DNA of 64,000 nucleotides, from contig JBHGNT010000017.1 in assembly GCA_043228905.1 (NCBI GenBank), positions 5,828,001 to 5,892,000 on the forward strand, in the 5' to 3' direction. Shown here piece after piece: positions 23,001 to 36,899 of this stretch (position 1 is its first letter; each line of letters opens with the position of its first letter). This DNA comes from Azolla caroliniana (Eukaryota > Plantae > Polypodiophyta). The notes below the pieces were generated by a model. The model did no database searches. It was given only the letters and a program-made list of their open reading frames with translations, and was not told the origin of the DNA. A program made the translations under genes and the position numbers.

Positions 23001-26000
23001 ATATGAGCAAGAAACATCTTTCAAGTACTGTTTTTAGTGCTAGATACACATCCACCTATAAAGAAGCAGTCATGTGGGTAATAATGATTTTTATCTAGAT
23101 ACCATGAATTTACAAATCAAGAAACAGATCTCTTACCCTTAGTTCGCCTCAGCATGATCCTTTGTAAAACATGCTGCAACTTTCTAAAACCAATGCTTGG
23201 ATTTTCAGCCAATAAATTCTTTATTTTCAACTGAAAAACCTTATAATCTGAATATGGAGCATAATTAAGGAACCTAAAATAGCTGTACAGGTCATCAACT
23301 GCATTCTGTACAGGTGTTCCAGATAAGCACCATCTTTTTTCAGCCTTCAACATCCAGCATGCATTTGCAATTCGCGTCCTAGGATTCTTTATATTCTGTG
23401 CTTCATCTAGAACAATTCTAAACCAAAACACTTTGTATAGTGATCCAACCCTACCGTTTCTGAGAGGAACACGGCCAGACGATGTACCTTTACTTCTTTT
23501 TTTAAGATCTGTTTTTCTCAATGTAGCTATGCCACCATTACAGTCTGAGTTCTGGAGGTTGTTACCACACAATGGCTGTGTGGGAGCCTCCATAGCTATT
23601 ATTGCATAGGTTGTTAGCACAATATCATGGTTAGCTAGCTCTAATGCGTCTTTTATTCTGTTACTACCATGATAGACAAGGATGGACAACCCAGCTGCTT
23701 CCATTATTTTCCCTTTTATTTCTTGCTCCCACTGTTTCAGCACACTTGTTGGACAAACAATTAGTGTGCCACCCATCAGACTATCCATACTTGTTTGCTG
23801 GTAGATAGTAGTTCCAATTATGAGCTCCCTTTGATGCTGCTTTATTCCTTCATGTCTTATAGGCTTCTCTTTCAAAATCAGTGCCATTGTCTCAATGGTC
23901 TTTCCAAGTCCCTTCCAAGCAATAAGAAATAAACAACTAAAATTGTTTCAAAGGTTACTAACTTATTTGTTAGAGAGAGCATGTTGTCTCTCATAGCAAG
24001 GTTGCCATAACTCAAAATGTAGGAACTCAAAAAGCAAGATATCGTGTTTTAAAAAACCTGATCATCAGCTAAGATCCCTCCATTTAGTTTGTTTTCCATT
24101 TTCTCCATCCATGCAAGTGCTATTCTCTAAAAGGTAACGCAAAATCATTAGCATAACTCCTATGGAAGGCAATGAACCTCACTGATAAATCAAAAGATCA
24201 GAACAAAATCAACCAAACGTTCTCTATTTCTCTTACTGAATTATGATGAACTGGTGAATTATAACCCTAAAATGTGAGTATCCAAAAAATACATAAAAAT
24301 ATACATATCAAATAGAGAACATGTCTTGAATGCCACCAAATGAAATATTGCAGAATAATACCAGTTATCTGCAATGGAAAACCAGAGCAAATAATAAACA
24401 AATAATGAACGTCTAATCTTCCTAGTATCATTACTTGTATTTACTCCAGGACCTATAATAGAAGTATTAAGTAAAATCCATGGCTATCCATGTTAATGGT
24501 ATTGACACCCTGAAGTTTCTAAAATTGTTAAAACAGTGGATTTCCCTGAATTTAGACAGATGAAATGTAATATTTAAATATTAATCACGCAAATGCAAAC
24601 CAAGTGAAATTTACACATTTCTATCCGGCTTTCTTTCCTTAATGAATAATCTATACTGACAGGCTAAAAGTTGTACCTTTGTTTTATTGAATGGGAGCAA
24701 TTTTTTTCCTGAACACTAGTCAGTATTGGCCTGATTGTATTTATTTGTTTACACTCAATGGAATAAATGGCTACGTTAAACCAATAATTTACCTGCGACA
24801 TCAAAGGGACTTGCTGACAGAGAAAAGAGCATTTCAGAGTCTGAAAACTTATCGAAGACATTGAAAACTTAGAGAATTAAGCATGAGCTTACACAAGATT
24901 TTAAAATGACCTGGTGTTTGAGCAGTGAAATCGACATCAACCCTTCAGGTGGACTTGATTCTTCTTTGAACACCGAACTATCAAGCATCTGAACAGTGTT
25001 TCAAATTAATCAAAAGGCACAAGCAAAGCAATATCTTGCTTATACATGCTTAAAATAGCAAAGATCAAAAGAGCAAGTATGTTACTTTCTTCCTAAGGGA
25101 TCAAGATATGCAAAACAAGTAATGACAATAAGAAATGAGAGATAAAAAGAAACTGAGTCATCATGTAGTGTCCTATGTAAGAGCATTACATGGTATTCGA
25201 GTCTAAGCGAATTACTCAATGCCATGCAAAATAGGCCATGTGAGACCGGAAACTTGGAAGACCCAAAGATGAAGCACTTGATATCTTTAGAGGAATTGGC
25301 AAATTTCAAGAGCTCCACCAGTTCAGGATCAGAAAACACAGGAGATGACAAAGATATGTTCGTGCTAGCATCTTAACACCACCTCACAGGATGAGCCCAA
25401 GAATATGCCCCAAAGTCACTAGTACAAAGAGGAATGTAAAGAGATATATCAGCAACTTCCCTCAAAGGTAATATTTAGGGAGACTACATAACAAACAGCC
25501 TACACGCAAAAGAGAACCCTTGCACTCCAAAAACGGCATGCATAGCGGGATGTATAATACATGGATTTATACCACCTCTTCATAAACAAATACTTGGGCA
25601 CTGCTTGGCGATGTATCAGAGAAGCCTAGACCCTGGCCCCAATCGAGTTGCCACAATCATGGCATTCTTATGTAGGAAGAGTATATAATGTCCTCACCAA
25701 CCCCCCTTACCACAACCATCAGCATCAGAGTCTCACTCTACTACCTCCATCTTCTTCACCCCATTAAAGGTTGAGCCGGTCATGTGGCCACATGCTCACC
25801 AAACTTTATGAAATGGTGCTTGAAGCAGAACTCAATGATCAAAATTCCCTCTTAACATGATGTGGACAATATACTGGTCAAGGGTTGGTAATTAGTTAGG
25901 TGTCCAGGGGGCTATCAGGGATCGTCATAATCACCATCAATGTGAAGCAAGGATGACACTTTCTTCCTCAGACTATATATAGATGTGTTAGACAACTACA

Positions 26001-26805
26001 TCACATGTATAGGCGCCTGCGGAATCAACATATCAGAGGTCATCAGAATCACCATCAATTTGAAGCGGGGATGCCCACTCTCCCATCAATATCTCTTTTA
26101 AATTCAGTCGTTCTTTCTCTCTGGATCTTTATATTCTTGAAATAGATCGAGCCAAGAAATAACGACCTTTAGCATATTCCAGGGGGGATGAGGAGAAGGC
26201 TCTTCTGTCGTCAGAACACTTGTTGAAGGGTTGATGGTAAGCAGAGAAGCAGGAAGAAGGCGTTTGCTTCTTATTCGGGTCTTGCTAGAATCCGAAGCTT
26301 GATCAGCATCGATGTACTGATGGTGCTCAAGATGAGATACTGATCTGGTCTCACTGTTTGCTTCTTCGCGACTTTTCACAGTGCTGAAAGCCCCTGAAGC
26401 TTCCATATCAAAGCGCCGGACAGAAGGTTTTATACTTCTATCATCAACAACATCCGGAAGGAGGAAAGGAACTGATTTCCGCTCATCATCTGCAGGGGGC
26501 TTAATCTGTTCAGGTGTTAGCATAAGCTCTGTAGATGAGAATGCGGAAGGAGGAAGCATTGGCGTCTTATTGGTGGGGCCTCGCAGTAGAGGAAGGGGAT
26601 GAGGGGGTGGAGACTGAAGGACAATTACCTTCCTCCTCTTTACCTTCCAATTCTGATTCCGATTCTGATTCGGATTCGGATTCGGATTCGGATTCTTCTG
26701 AGCATAGTGTAGGTTCACCCAGCTGGGGAGCTTCCTCTTCTTCTTCTTCTTCGATGATGAAGAAGGAGAAGATGAAGTTGCTGCTGCTGCTGCTGCGTCC
26801 TCCAT
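20039..26805 (-). CDS. SNF2-RING-helicase, RAD5/16 (Ris1) group, CHR27/CHR28 (FRG1/2)-like
   Basis: Motifs GGILADDQGLGKT, TLIVCPTSVLKQW, RIVLDEAQNIKN, WCLSGTPVQN, RING (CSIC..CAHIFCRQC..CPNTDC), LVFSQWT, SLKAGSLGLNM, QAIDRAHRIGQ. C-terminus RQMVASAFGED..YLF. Multi-exon. Confidence 0.9.
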
Positions 26806-26810
26806 TGAGG

Positions 26811-26940
26811 CTAAACCCTAAACCCTAAACCCTAAACTCTTTGGGTATGTATGCAACCCTAAACCCTAAACCCTAAACCCTAAACTCTTTGGGTATGTAT
26901 GCAACCCTAAACCCTAAACCCTAAACCCTAAACTCTTGGG
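26811..26940. repeat. Interstitial telomeric (CCCTAAA)n / telo-box cluster organised as 48-bp higher-order units
   Basis: Unit aaccct(aaaccct)3aaactctttgggtatgtatgc, about 2.7 copies, starting 5 bp upstream of the SNF2 ATG. Confidence 0.9.
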
Positions 26941-27899
26941 TGGGGTATAAGATGCTGGAAGCAAGCAAGCAGGCGTGCATGCATATGTCTATTTCTCTGT
27001 CATCGTATGTATACAAGTATGTATATGTATACTTTTATGATTCATAGTATCAACCATACGTGCATTCGCGAATGGTAAAACACCCTCTGAGTATGGTAAA
27101 TACCATACTTTTGTATTCATTATTTATTATAAGATAAATTTTTTTTAAAGGTGAGAAAGTTAAGGTAATAAAGTGTGAAAAAAAAAACATACGACTGTTT
27201 TGATCATATATGCATTCGTTTGCATTCGTATAAAAAAGGAATGTTTGCCAATGCATTCGAGTATATTACATACTCTGATATATGTATATGTATATGTATT
27301 TGTATTTAAATTTAAATACGTATATGTATATGTATGTTCGTGTCCATTTGCACTCAAATCATAAAGAGGCCTTTCTTTCCTAGCGAGGGAATTGGAGGCC
27401 ACAGACGGTGCAGGGCGCATAGCTGAGGGGCACGTATGCAATCTTTATCCAAAAAACAACAGAGTGCACACCATCCAAAAAAGCGCTCGGCTCTGACCGC
27501 CTCTCCTCTATCACCCGTCACCCTCCTCTCTGACTATAGGCACATGGCTCAAATCAGATGTCAGCTAGACCGACTCAATGGCAAGCGCCAGACTCCAAAG
27601 CTTGACATCAAAAACTTGAGAAAACTAAAAGTTGTAAAGTAATATACTAATAGCTAAAAGTGAATGGTGTAGTGATTGGAACTATTCCTTGGGTTCAATT
27701 AGTGTTGAGTTTGAATCTCTATTCCTATAGGAAGTGTTGGGTTTCTTCGATTTCTTTCTTTTTTAGGGTGTCGACATTTGGTTTTAGGATAGGACGTCAC
27801 TTTGCACTTCATTTACATTTAAGGGGACACTAATAGTGGTATTGAATTCAACGCCTTAATTATTAAATGTGTTCATTTTTCACATCACAAGTTTGTAGT

Positions 27900-30150
27900 T
27901 GTCGGCATGCACATGTAGTAAAGTTTGGATGGAATTTTGAAAGAGAACTTGAGGGAAGCGGCTCAATTTGACATATTTAGAAGACATTTCCTATGTTCCA
28001 ACCTACTCAACATCATCCATTAGGTTCTTCGTACCTTCTTCTTTTTTCCAAAAGGAAGCTACTTTCCCATTAGTTAGGAAGTTCTTCATACCTATTTAAG
28101 CAATTCACTCGTCCTCTACTTTATTAATTAGATACCATACTTTTAACAAATTGTTAGACACCATGCTTTCAATGAACACCCGTAGCTCTAAATGCTCTTG
28201 CAACACTGATTCTTTGTGAAGCATTCTTGCAATTTGGGTTAGGTTCAACAATAAAGAAAAAACATAGTCGTGCATGTAAACAATCAACAACTTTGATCAA
28301 TTATGTCCTTCTCCTTTACTAAAGTGGTAAGGATTCTTTTACAAATAAGGATCCTTCAAATGCTCAATAGTTTCTCACATCCATGGTTGTTTACGTACCC
28401 GTATTTAACGTTTAAATACGTATAGTACCTCCTCATTTGTATAGTATGTACTATATCTCAATGTTGTTCAATCAAATATCATGTACATTCGTCCAATATG
28501 GTATTTAACGTATTTATTAAAAAATAGGTATAATACGTATTTATAAAGAAAATGTAAATAAAACCCCAACAAAAAGCAAAAGAAAAAAAAAATTAGTGAA
28601 AAAGAAGCCAAAGGAAGGAATGAAGAAGAATAGAAGAGATGACGATGAAGAATATGAAGAAGACGAAGAAGAAGAGAGAAAAGAAGACATAAACCTGTCC
28701 TAACTCTGAATGTGATAATCGCAAAAGATAAAAGAAGGAGAAGAAGAAGAAAACAAAGAAAAGTGAAACCTATCATGAGTGTGATAATCGTAGAGGATTC
28801 CTCAATTTATGAAGGCATAACTGTAAATAATTACAATTTGAAGTAGAACATCGTGATATACACTTACATTGATTTATAGAATAAGGGAATGTCGATATCC
28901 ATATTACTACAAGTATTTTAGGATGTGAAATGTTCAAATGTCTTATATGCATTTTAGGATGTATAACTATACTATACATCACAAAATTGTGTAAACATAG
29001 ATGTTTTTTACAATATTATAGATATTTTTTAGAAAGGTAAATAATTTTCAAATTCTAGAAGTATTTAACGTACTATACGTATTTTATAAGTATTTAACAT
29101 ATTAAGAAAATGTATTTAACATATTTTTTAATTAGGAGGTACTATACGCGTATTAATACGTTATATACATATGGTATCCGTACCGTACCTAACGTACCTA
29201 ACAACCTTGCTCACATCACAACATTATTTACAAAGAATATGATGCTATATATTGTTGACGACTTCTTCATTGATAATATTAAGATGTTGGAAAGCCTATC
29301 ATCAATGTCTTGATTATGTGTAAGAATACTCTTCATTGCCAATTAGACATGAAGCTCTTATATATATCTAAATTGTGTTGATGATATCAAGATTTTGGAA
29401 AGCCTATCATTAATATCTAAGAATACTCTCCATATTACGCATACAATTTGACATTACATTATAAGTTTCAACATAATAACGAACATTGCACACCCAATTT
29501 GACAACTAACAATTTCAAAATGGTTGTTTTCATTCATATGTATAACCGGTATGCAAAATAGTGAATTGTACAAAATCTTCCATTGTGCCCATTTCCCCAT
29601 TGTTGTCTAAATGAGGTTTACGTCTTTGTGTCTGAACCAATTCTATTTACCTTATACCCAAAGTGCTTATAAGAACCAAGATATTACTAAGCAACAATTC
29701 TGAAATCCAAATATGTGCCATACTTACAAAATCGGGAGATCCATCCATTCTTCCTTCTTCAAGTAATATATCACCATCTCATCTGCCATGAACCGCGCCA
29801 CGATTTCTGACTCGGTCACACTTCAATGTGATATGCATCACGCCACTTGACATCAAACATGTCAAAGTCTTTGGACCTAGCAACCATCTATACAAGCAAT
29901 CTGTCTACAAATAACGATTTCAACAACAATAATCTAAACCCTGGTCCCTAATACTAGATTCAAAAACATGCAAGTTTTCAATTTTCATATACAAAAATTT
30001 CATAAATGCAAGTTTGATTAAGAAACATTCCAACCATTTCCAAAGATGTTTAGAAACATTTTCATGCATCATACTAAACCCTAATCCATCCATTTTAATG
30101 TTTGTTTGACCCATGTTTGAGCGTTCGTGTCTTCTACTTATTGACAAAAA
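27900..30150 (-). mobile_element. Degenerate copia integrase/RT relic split by a hAT element
   Basis: Minus strand near 29590-29620 reads catttagacaacaatggggaaatg, resembling the integrase motif xSDNGGE. No intact ORF. Confidence 0.35.
28382..29209. mobile_element. Non-autonomous hAT DNA transposon
   Basis: TIRs catggttgtt / aacaaccttg; perfect 8-bp TSD ctcacatc at 28374-28381 and 29210-29217; subterminal tacgta/tac repeats. Confidence 0.85.
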
Positions 30151-31995
30151 CTACAACATGAAGTAATCCGTGCACCTCACAACCACTCTTCACCAACACC
30201 TCGCAACTCATCTATTTGGATTCTCTTCTAGACGAACCTCCTCGTTGGACTGTCGTCGTCTCATCGGTATCATGAATCGATTGTATGAAGTGGCTCTTGT
30301 TTTTATTAAGTGTTGATTGTTATGAAGCTAATTAGTAATCATCTCCATTTTCCTTAATTTTGTTTTTCCAAAGATGGCATGTAGCTTTAGGAGGAGGGCC
30401 AAGATTTGAACCCCTGTTCTTCAAGTTGTAAGCTCGACGAGTTGGCCATTATACTTGGAACATGGCAATGGGGGTAGTTTCATGGGGTGAATGCCTCCCA
30501 AAGAACAACAAGAAGTGCACAAAAGTAGTTTCTAATAGCTCGTGTGCGATGATACAGGATTTTCCTACGAGACTTATTGGTTGAGAAGGGTTGAAAGCTC
30601 AACGACCACAATTATCCAAGAGTCCCTTCTAAAGGGCGGTTGGTCAATGGATCAAAGGGGAAAACATGAAGATGATTCCCAAGACCCCTTACCAATGAAG
30701 TCGTTTGGCAAGTCAATGTTAGTGGTTTTATATACAAGTTTATGCTTTTTGTATTGTTTCATCATAAATAAATTTATGTTATTTGATGTTGCTATACGAC
30801 AAGGATTGTTGAGGACTCTTTTAAGTTGTGGGAATTGAGCATGTGCTATTACTAGCTTAGCTTCCACCAATTTCATCAATAAGATTTGATTACTTAATTG
30901 TGTTGTTTATGTATGACATCATTGTCGCCTTCATGCAATGTTCATTGTCACCCTCATTTGAAACAAGATTTGAAAAGTAGTTGTGTTTTAGATTAAAAAC
31001 TCATTGCAATCACATTCATAATATGACCAAGGGGAGAAAAACATGTTGGTCTACACAAAATTCTTGAATTTCCATACTCCTACTCATTCCAAGTGGAAGT
31101 GGTGCCACCCTTTTTTCATTGTTAAGAGGGTATGATGTTTGTAACCTATGGGAGAGATGATATATTTACATCCAAGGAGAGCCAATAGGACCCATGGGAC
31201 TGAGAATGGATACAAAGCACTCTCCCCGTAAGGCAGGGGAATTTAAAAATTGTACAACAAACACGAAAAGTAAAAGTTGAAATGAAAAACTAAGCTCGTT
31301 TCCTAATTTCACTTTATGGATTATCCATGAATTTAATTATTTGGTCAAGTAGATGAAAAATGAGCATATCTGGTGATGTCTCTCATGGTTTTGTTGCTAG
31401 TAAGGAGTTCATGCATGCTAATACAAACTTCCAAGGTTTTTTTCTACTCATAAATGCTCAAAAGAGATTACATTCCTCCACAACATTGTGAAAAAGAGCC
31501 TTCACATAATCAATGTATAATATACTGAGACCAGTAGCGTGTTGCAAAATCCACATTTACAAACCCATTGATAGGAATCTAGGATCTTTTTCTTTTTTCA
31601 TTTTTTTTTGTGGTGGGGCTCTTCTGGTTAGCCCTAACAAACACAATTCATGAGAGAAAACGAATCAAAGCATAACATAAACATAAATGAGAGTGTGTAG
31701 TAAATGAAGTTAGATCCTTATGAAACAATCATGATGGTTGGCATCAATGAGTTTTTTAGAGTTGATTATTCATACTAGTTTAGTTGATTTTGTATCGAAA
31801 TATTTTGCTACGTAAGCTTGAAACCTCAAATTTCAACAATTTTAATGACTTCAATAACCCTATTAGAAGTGGGATATGTAATATGAGAATATTGCAACAG
31901 TTTCATGCTATATTTCACTCCCAAATTATGATTCTTTTCACTTTTCTCTTATAATACCCAGAGTATGCACCAAAGCTAAGTATAAGCTAGAAATG

Positions 31996-31997
<2 letters not shown>

Positions 31998-32057
<60 letters not shown>
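31998..32057. repeat. (GT)30 microsatellite
   Basis: Directly visible. Confidence 0.97.
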
Positions 32058-32058
<1 letters not shown>

Positions 32059-32196
32059 TAACCCCCCTCTCCTAGGTTCATTAGAACCAACCCATCAAGT
32101 AACAAGTCAGAAGTTGTTCTCGCTTCTCCAATACCTTAAATTGTTCCTATGTCTACAATACCTTATTCTCCTGCTTATTTGCATGCAAGAAACCAA

Positions 32197-32554
32197 AGCT
32201 TCTCTCTAGTAATACATTCAATTGATCTTGAACTGCTTTCATATAATATGAGGAGTGCCTTGCTCAGAACTTCTTAAGAGCATCACCTCCATCTTCCAAA
32301 GACCCTAAACCGTGAACCCTTAACCATGAAAGGCTGCAGAATAATTTAAAAACAAACCACCTCTGAATGGTTCATAGCTTCTCTCTAGTAATACATTCAA
32401 TTGATCTTGAACTGCTTTCATATAATATGAGGAGTGCCTTGCTCAGAACTTCTTAAGAGCATCACCTCCATCTTCCAAAGACCCTAAACCGTGAACCCTT
32501 AACCATGAAAGGCTGCAGAATAATTTAAAAACAAACCACCTCTGAATGGTTCAT
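32197..32554. repeat. Exact 179-bp tandem duplication
   Basis: agcttctctctagtaatac...ctgaatggttcat occurs at 32197-32375 and 32376-32554. Confidence 0.95.
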
Positions 32555-32841
32555 GGTGGTCAATGCATTCATCACTTGTATAGACAAAGGACCCATGTCA
32601 AAAGAACAATTCAGACAGAACATCCAGATTCTCATAAAGATAAAAATTTCATAAATGATGAGTTTCTTGATATATTCACTCACGGACTAAAAAAGAATCC
32701 ATATTTATATTTCAAGGGTAGTGTCACTTATTTCAAATGCAGTCTCAAAAGTTAACTAAACAGAGATGGTGGATACGGATACATTTCTGCATGTAGTATT
32801 AACTCAAAAGAGAGAGAATTTGATTTCACTGCTCGAACGCT

Positions 32842-35800
32842 TTAAGACTGCAAATATTTTTTAAACCAAGCTTCAAATCTTGACCAAGCTAGGTTAACCG
32901 CAGCATCATTATGCGATCCAAATCCACATGCCTCCTTCCTCTTCTGGGCTTCTGGTGAACTATTGATGAATGCATGGCCCACACCTTCGTATATATGAAC
33001 TTCATTATCCACCCCTGCTGCTTTGAGCTTTTCCTCCAATGCGTGTGCAGCCTGAAAATGAAAAGCATTTGATTGTGCATTATTGCTCTGTATAACTAGG
33101 CGGGGACAAACACTACTATATCTTCTAATGTTTTCCAAAAATTAACAGCATTTCCCATCCATTTTTTGAATCAAACTTCATCAGAGCTTTTACTTACACA
33201 TATTTAGCGATCTAATCCACACCCAAATAAGATTAATGAGTTATATTGGAAATTAATAAATTGATTAATTAACTAGGAATCGATAGGCTGACTAATTTTT
33301 CAGCTTATTGATCACCATGGGCATGTTAATCTTGGAAAACAATTCCATACTTTAGAACCAAATTAATCACTGCTCAATTAATCATTGATTTAATGGGATT
33401 GGTATTTTGGTACTCATAAAGAAAATTGACACAGCTATTCAAGTAATTTTTAAACACAGAGGGGTATCCTGGTAAATATGCATAAAGCAAGGAATGTATT
33501 GATATGATTCCCCCACAAAACAATACGATTCAACCTAGACAGTGCAACAAAAATAACGAACACTTACTTTAACATCAGAGAAACCTTGAATATCGTCAAG
33601 CTCACCAAAGTGTGCTTGAACTGGAACCTTAACCTTTGAAACATCTGCTAAATCAGGTGATGGTGTACCGTAGAATGACACAGCAGCATCTACCCCGGGA
33701 ATCAATACAGCACTTGCTATTGAGAGTGCTCCTCCCATGCAAAAACCCGTCACACCAACCTTCACAACCATGAATGAATTCAAATCAGAATAAGAAAATT
33801 ATAAAGTAAGTGTTTATTAGACTGTGTTTTGTGATCACTCCATTTAGAATCCCTTCACGATGTCTGAAATATAGCCTGAGTTTTCTTGCCAGTCACATTT
33901 TGTAGTTTTCCTTCATGTCCATCTTAATAAAATTAGGCTTTCCAAAATTTTCTGGGGTATTCTTTTAGAGCTTTTAAAACCTCTATTATCATGCACAAGT
34001 AAGCGGAGAAAGTTCTATCTATGCCAGCCCAGAATTGAATTGAACCCTCACAAATAATGATTCTCTAAAACAACTGACATATGTAAAACATATGTGAGTC
34101 ACAAACCTTGGGAGATCCAGTTTCCTTTAACCATTTTACAGATTCAGCAATATCCTTGACAGCACCAGGCCAATCTAGGCTCTCCATCAAGTGCTGTGCT
34201 TCTGCTGCATCCAAACCAACCTTTCCACGGTACAAGCTACAAATCATTCACAGTTAGAATGTGCAATTCATTGATAGAATAGAAAAATAAAAGGACCTAT
34301 TCTTATATTTGGTAAAGATCAGCGTCATACTCAGGAATAAGGGTACGGAACCCCTTGCTTGCAATCAATGCAGCATTGTTTTTCACTTCATAGTCAACTC
34401 CCCACCACTCTTGCAACACCACAATACCTGGGGCAGATTGGTTTCCTGAAACATATGCATCAAAAGTCTGCAAAGTGCAAAAACGAATCAAAATGAAAAT
34501 ACTGCTCTGTCGATCTTTACAAAGTAAATATAGTTCTAAATTTAAACAGGATAAATGCCAGCAAAAGGCAAGAAGGTAGGATGGAAATGTCGCAATGTCA
34601 ACCTTTACAAACAAAACAAAAGAACTGAACAAAGGATATATAAATTTCAATTGAGCCTACACCGCTCAGAGTGTCTACAGTAAAGGAAATCATATCTATC
34701 CCATGAATCTACATTGCCTTACAAAATTCTACAATTGAAATCCCCTGTTCCAAGTTCCCATTGAACCCTGAAACTTTTCCAATGGTATAATATTGAGTCT
34801 CTTACATATCTCTACCTTGCTGTTATATTGCAAAGAAAGAAATTTATGATTTTCCATTACAATACATTGTGAAATCAAATCTATCTTATCTAAAAGTTCC
34901 TACTTGGGAGCAGTGGTTATAATCTAAGTGTGTACAAAAAGGACCAACTATATTTAATCACTCTCATGTTTGCTACCTCACACATAACTGAGGATCTTCC
35001 TCCAAAATGTGAGACATTATGTTCATTTTTCTGCCAAGCCATATGACCCTTTTCTTCCTAATCAGGGCCAAATTATAAATATTTCCGATAAATACAAGGC
35101 TGACCTTTAGATCTGTTAAATAACTAAAAATACTCCAAATGTTTCCCCACAAGATGTATCTTCACTCAAAAACATCATAGATCCATAAATGGTCAAAGGT
35201 AAGTAAGTGCACAATGTACATATCACCAGCGAGATTATATATCCATGCTTGTTTTCATACTGTTATTAGTTGCAACCATTTCCCTATATTCAGGGTCATA
35301 CAATGATAGACTCCGTGTTAAATAAGAATGCAGGTTCATAGCTGAAAAATGTGAGTTCAAGGTTAAACATGCGATGCAGAATCATAGGTGAAACAATCGA
35401 TCTTTAGTTATTGACTTATAGCATTGTGGTATTGGCATGACTAGGAGCCAGTGGAGGCTAGGAATACTTGGTTTGCTAAATTAACTTGTTAATTATGTTG
35501 GACTAGATTGATCCCATGAGAAGACATGGAAGCTTTTATTACCCCAATATGCAGTCAGTAGAGAGCAATATGGATCTGAAACCTCACAAATATTGGAATC
35601 CCAAAACGTGTAATTGTTAAAAATGGTCTATCTTTAAGAGTCCAACATAATAAGCTGACGCAAAGGAAGCAAACAGACATGGCGACCTCCATCAATTTTC
35701 TTCAAACAATTATTAGTCTAAATCAGCAGACAGTGCAGAAAAAGAAAAAGCATGAGGGTAGGCTAGCATAGATATTTTCATCGACCTTATCTGCAGATAA

Positions 35801-36026
35801 AACAAAAGAAAAGGAGAGAAAGACCGAAAAGAAGACAGTGCGGGCAGGAATGCGGAACTTCCACGGAATATTCTCCAGACAAGAAATGAATCCCCTAATT
35901 TACTCGACAGAGAGGAAACCCTAATGTCCAGAAACCCACTGACCTTCTGGAAACACGAATTACCCTAACTTACAGAGTGTGCAGGAGCCCTAATTTGCAG
36001 ACACTAATGCTGATGCAGAGAGGCAT

Positions 36027-36096
<70 letters not shown>

Positions 36097-36156
36097 TACC
36101 TCGTCTCCTCGCTTGATCTTGACTATCTGGAAGCTGCCATTTTCGGAGGTGGCCAT
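32842..36156 (-). CDS. Dienelactone hydrolase family protein (carboxymethylenebutenolidase-like alpha/beta hydrolase), 5 exons
   Basis: MATSENGSFQIVKIKRGDE / PGIVVLQEWWG / DLYRG / VGVTGFCMGG (catalytic Cys) / HFGELD / VGHAF. Exons approx 36099-36156, 34331-34467, 34107-34237, 33568-33759, 32842-33051. Confidence 0.92.
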
Positions 36157-36344
36157 GGATCTGATACGAAGGAAGGTAGAGAGCAGAAGAGACAATAAAA
36201 GCTCTGACACCCAACATACAGAAAAAGGAGAGAAGGAGGGGTATGGTATATAAATACATACCATATAGAGAAGAAGAGAGACAAAGGGGTATATGATGAG
36301 AATATGTACACAGTACAACATACATGAAATGAAAGCTCATGACC

Positions 36345-36384
<40 letters not shown>

Positions 36385-36899
36385 CTATTATTGTCTTGGG
36401 AGGTCCAATATAACCCCCCCGTGAGACCGAAAATACTGCATTTCACGTAAAACTATCTGAAAAACTGATTAGTGGCTCTCGATGTTCGAGAACTTTCACC
36501 GATGAATGTTGTGATCAGGAGTGCACACATTTTGGCCGCGGCAGAATTTCGTGTGAGGATCGGGTTCGCTCGAAGATCCGTGGAACGCATGGTCGAATAT
36601 ATGATCCCAAAGGCAGAGAGCATTGTATCGAAAGTATGATACTCGAGACTCTTGAACTTGTTTAGGGCAAAGTGTGCATATTCAACCACTCTCATCACTG
36701 TGTGCCCCCAACGCCCTGCCTCACATCGCAATGCATGTGAGCTATGTCTCGTGGAAGCAATGCTTCAAATGCCAGACAACGAGACGGGCTCTTATATGTA
36801 TTTAAGTGTACAGTTTCCCCCCTCCATGAAGAATATGGTTTTGTAGTTAGGTTCATCACGTGTAGTATAATGTGTGAAGCGTGGACCTCTAGATTTATC

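Noticed and set aside
26811-26940. Telomerase RNA gene or chromosome end
   Set aside because: Multiple internal repeats next to a protein ATG; no Pol III USE/TATA promoter with a single template region.
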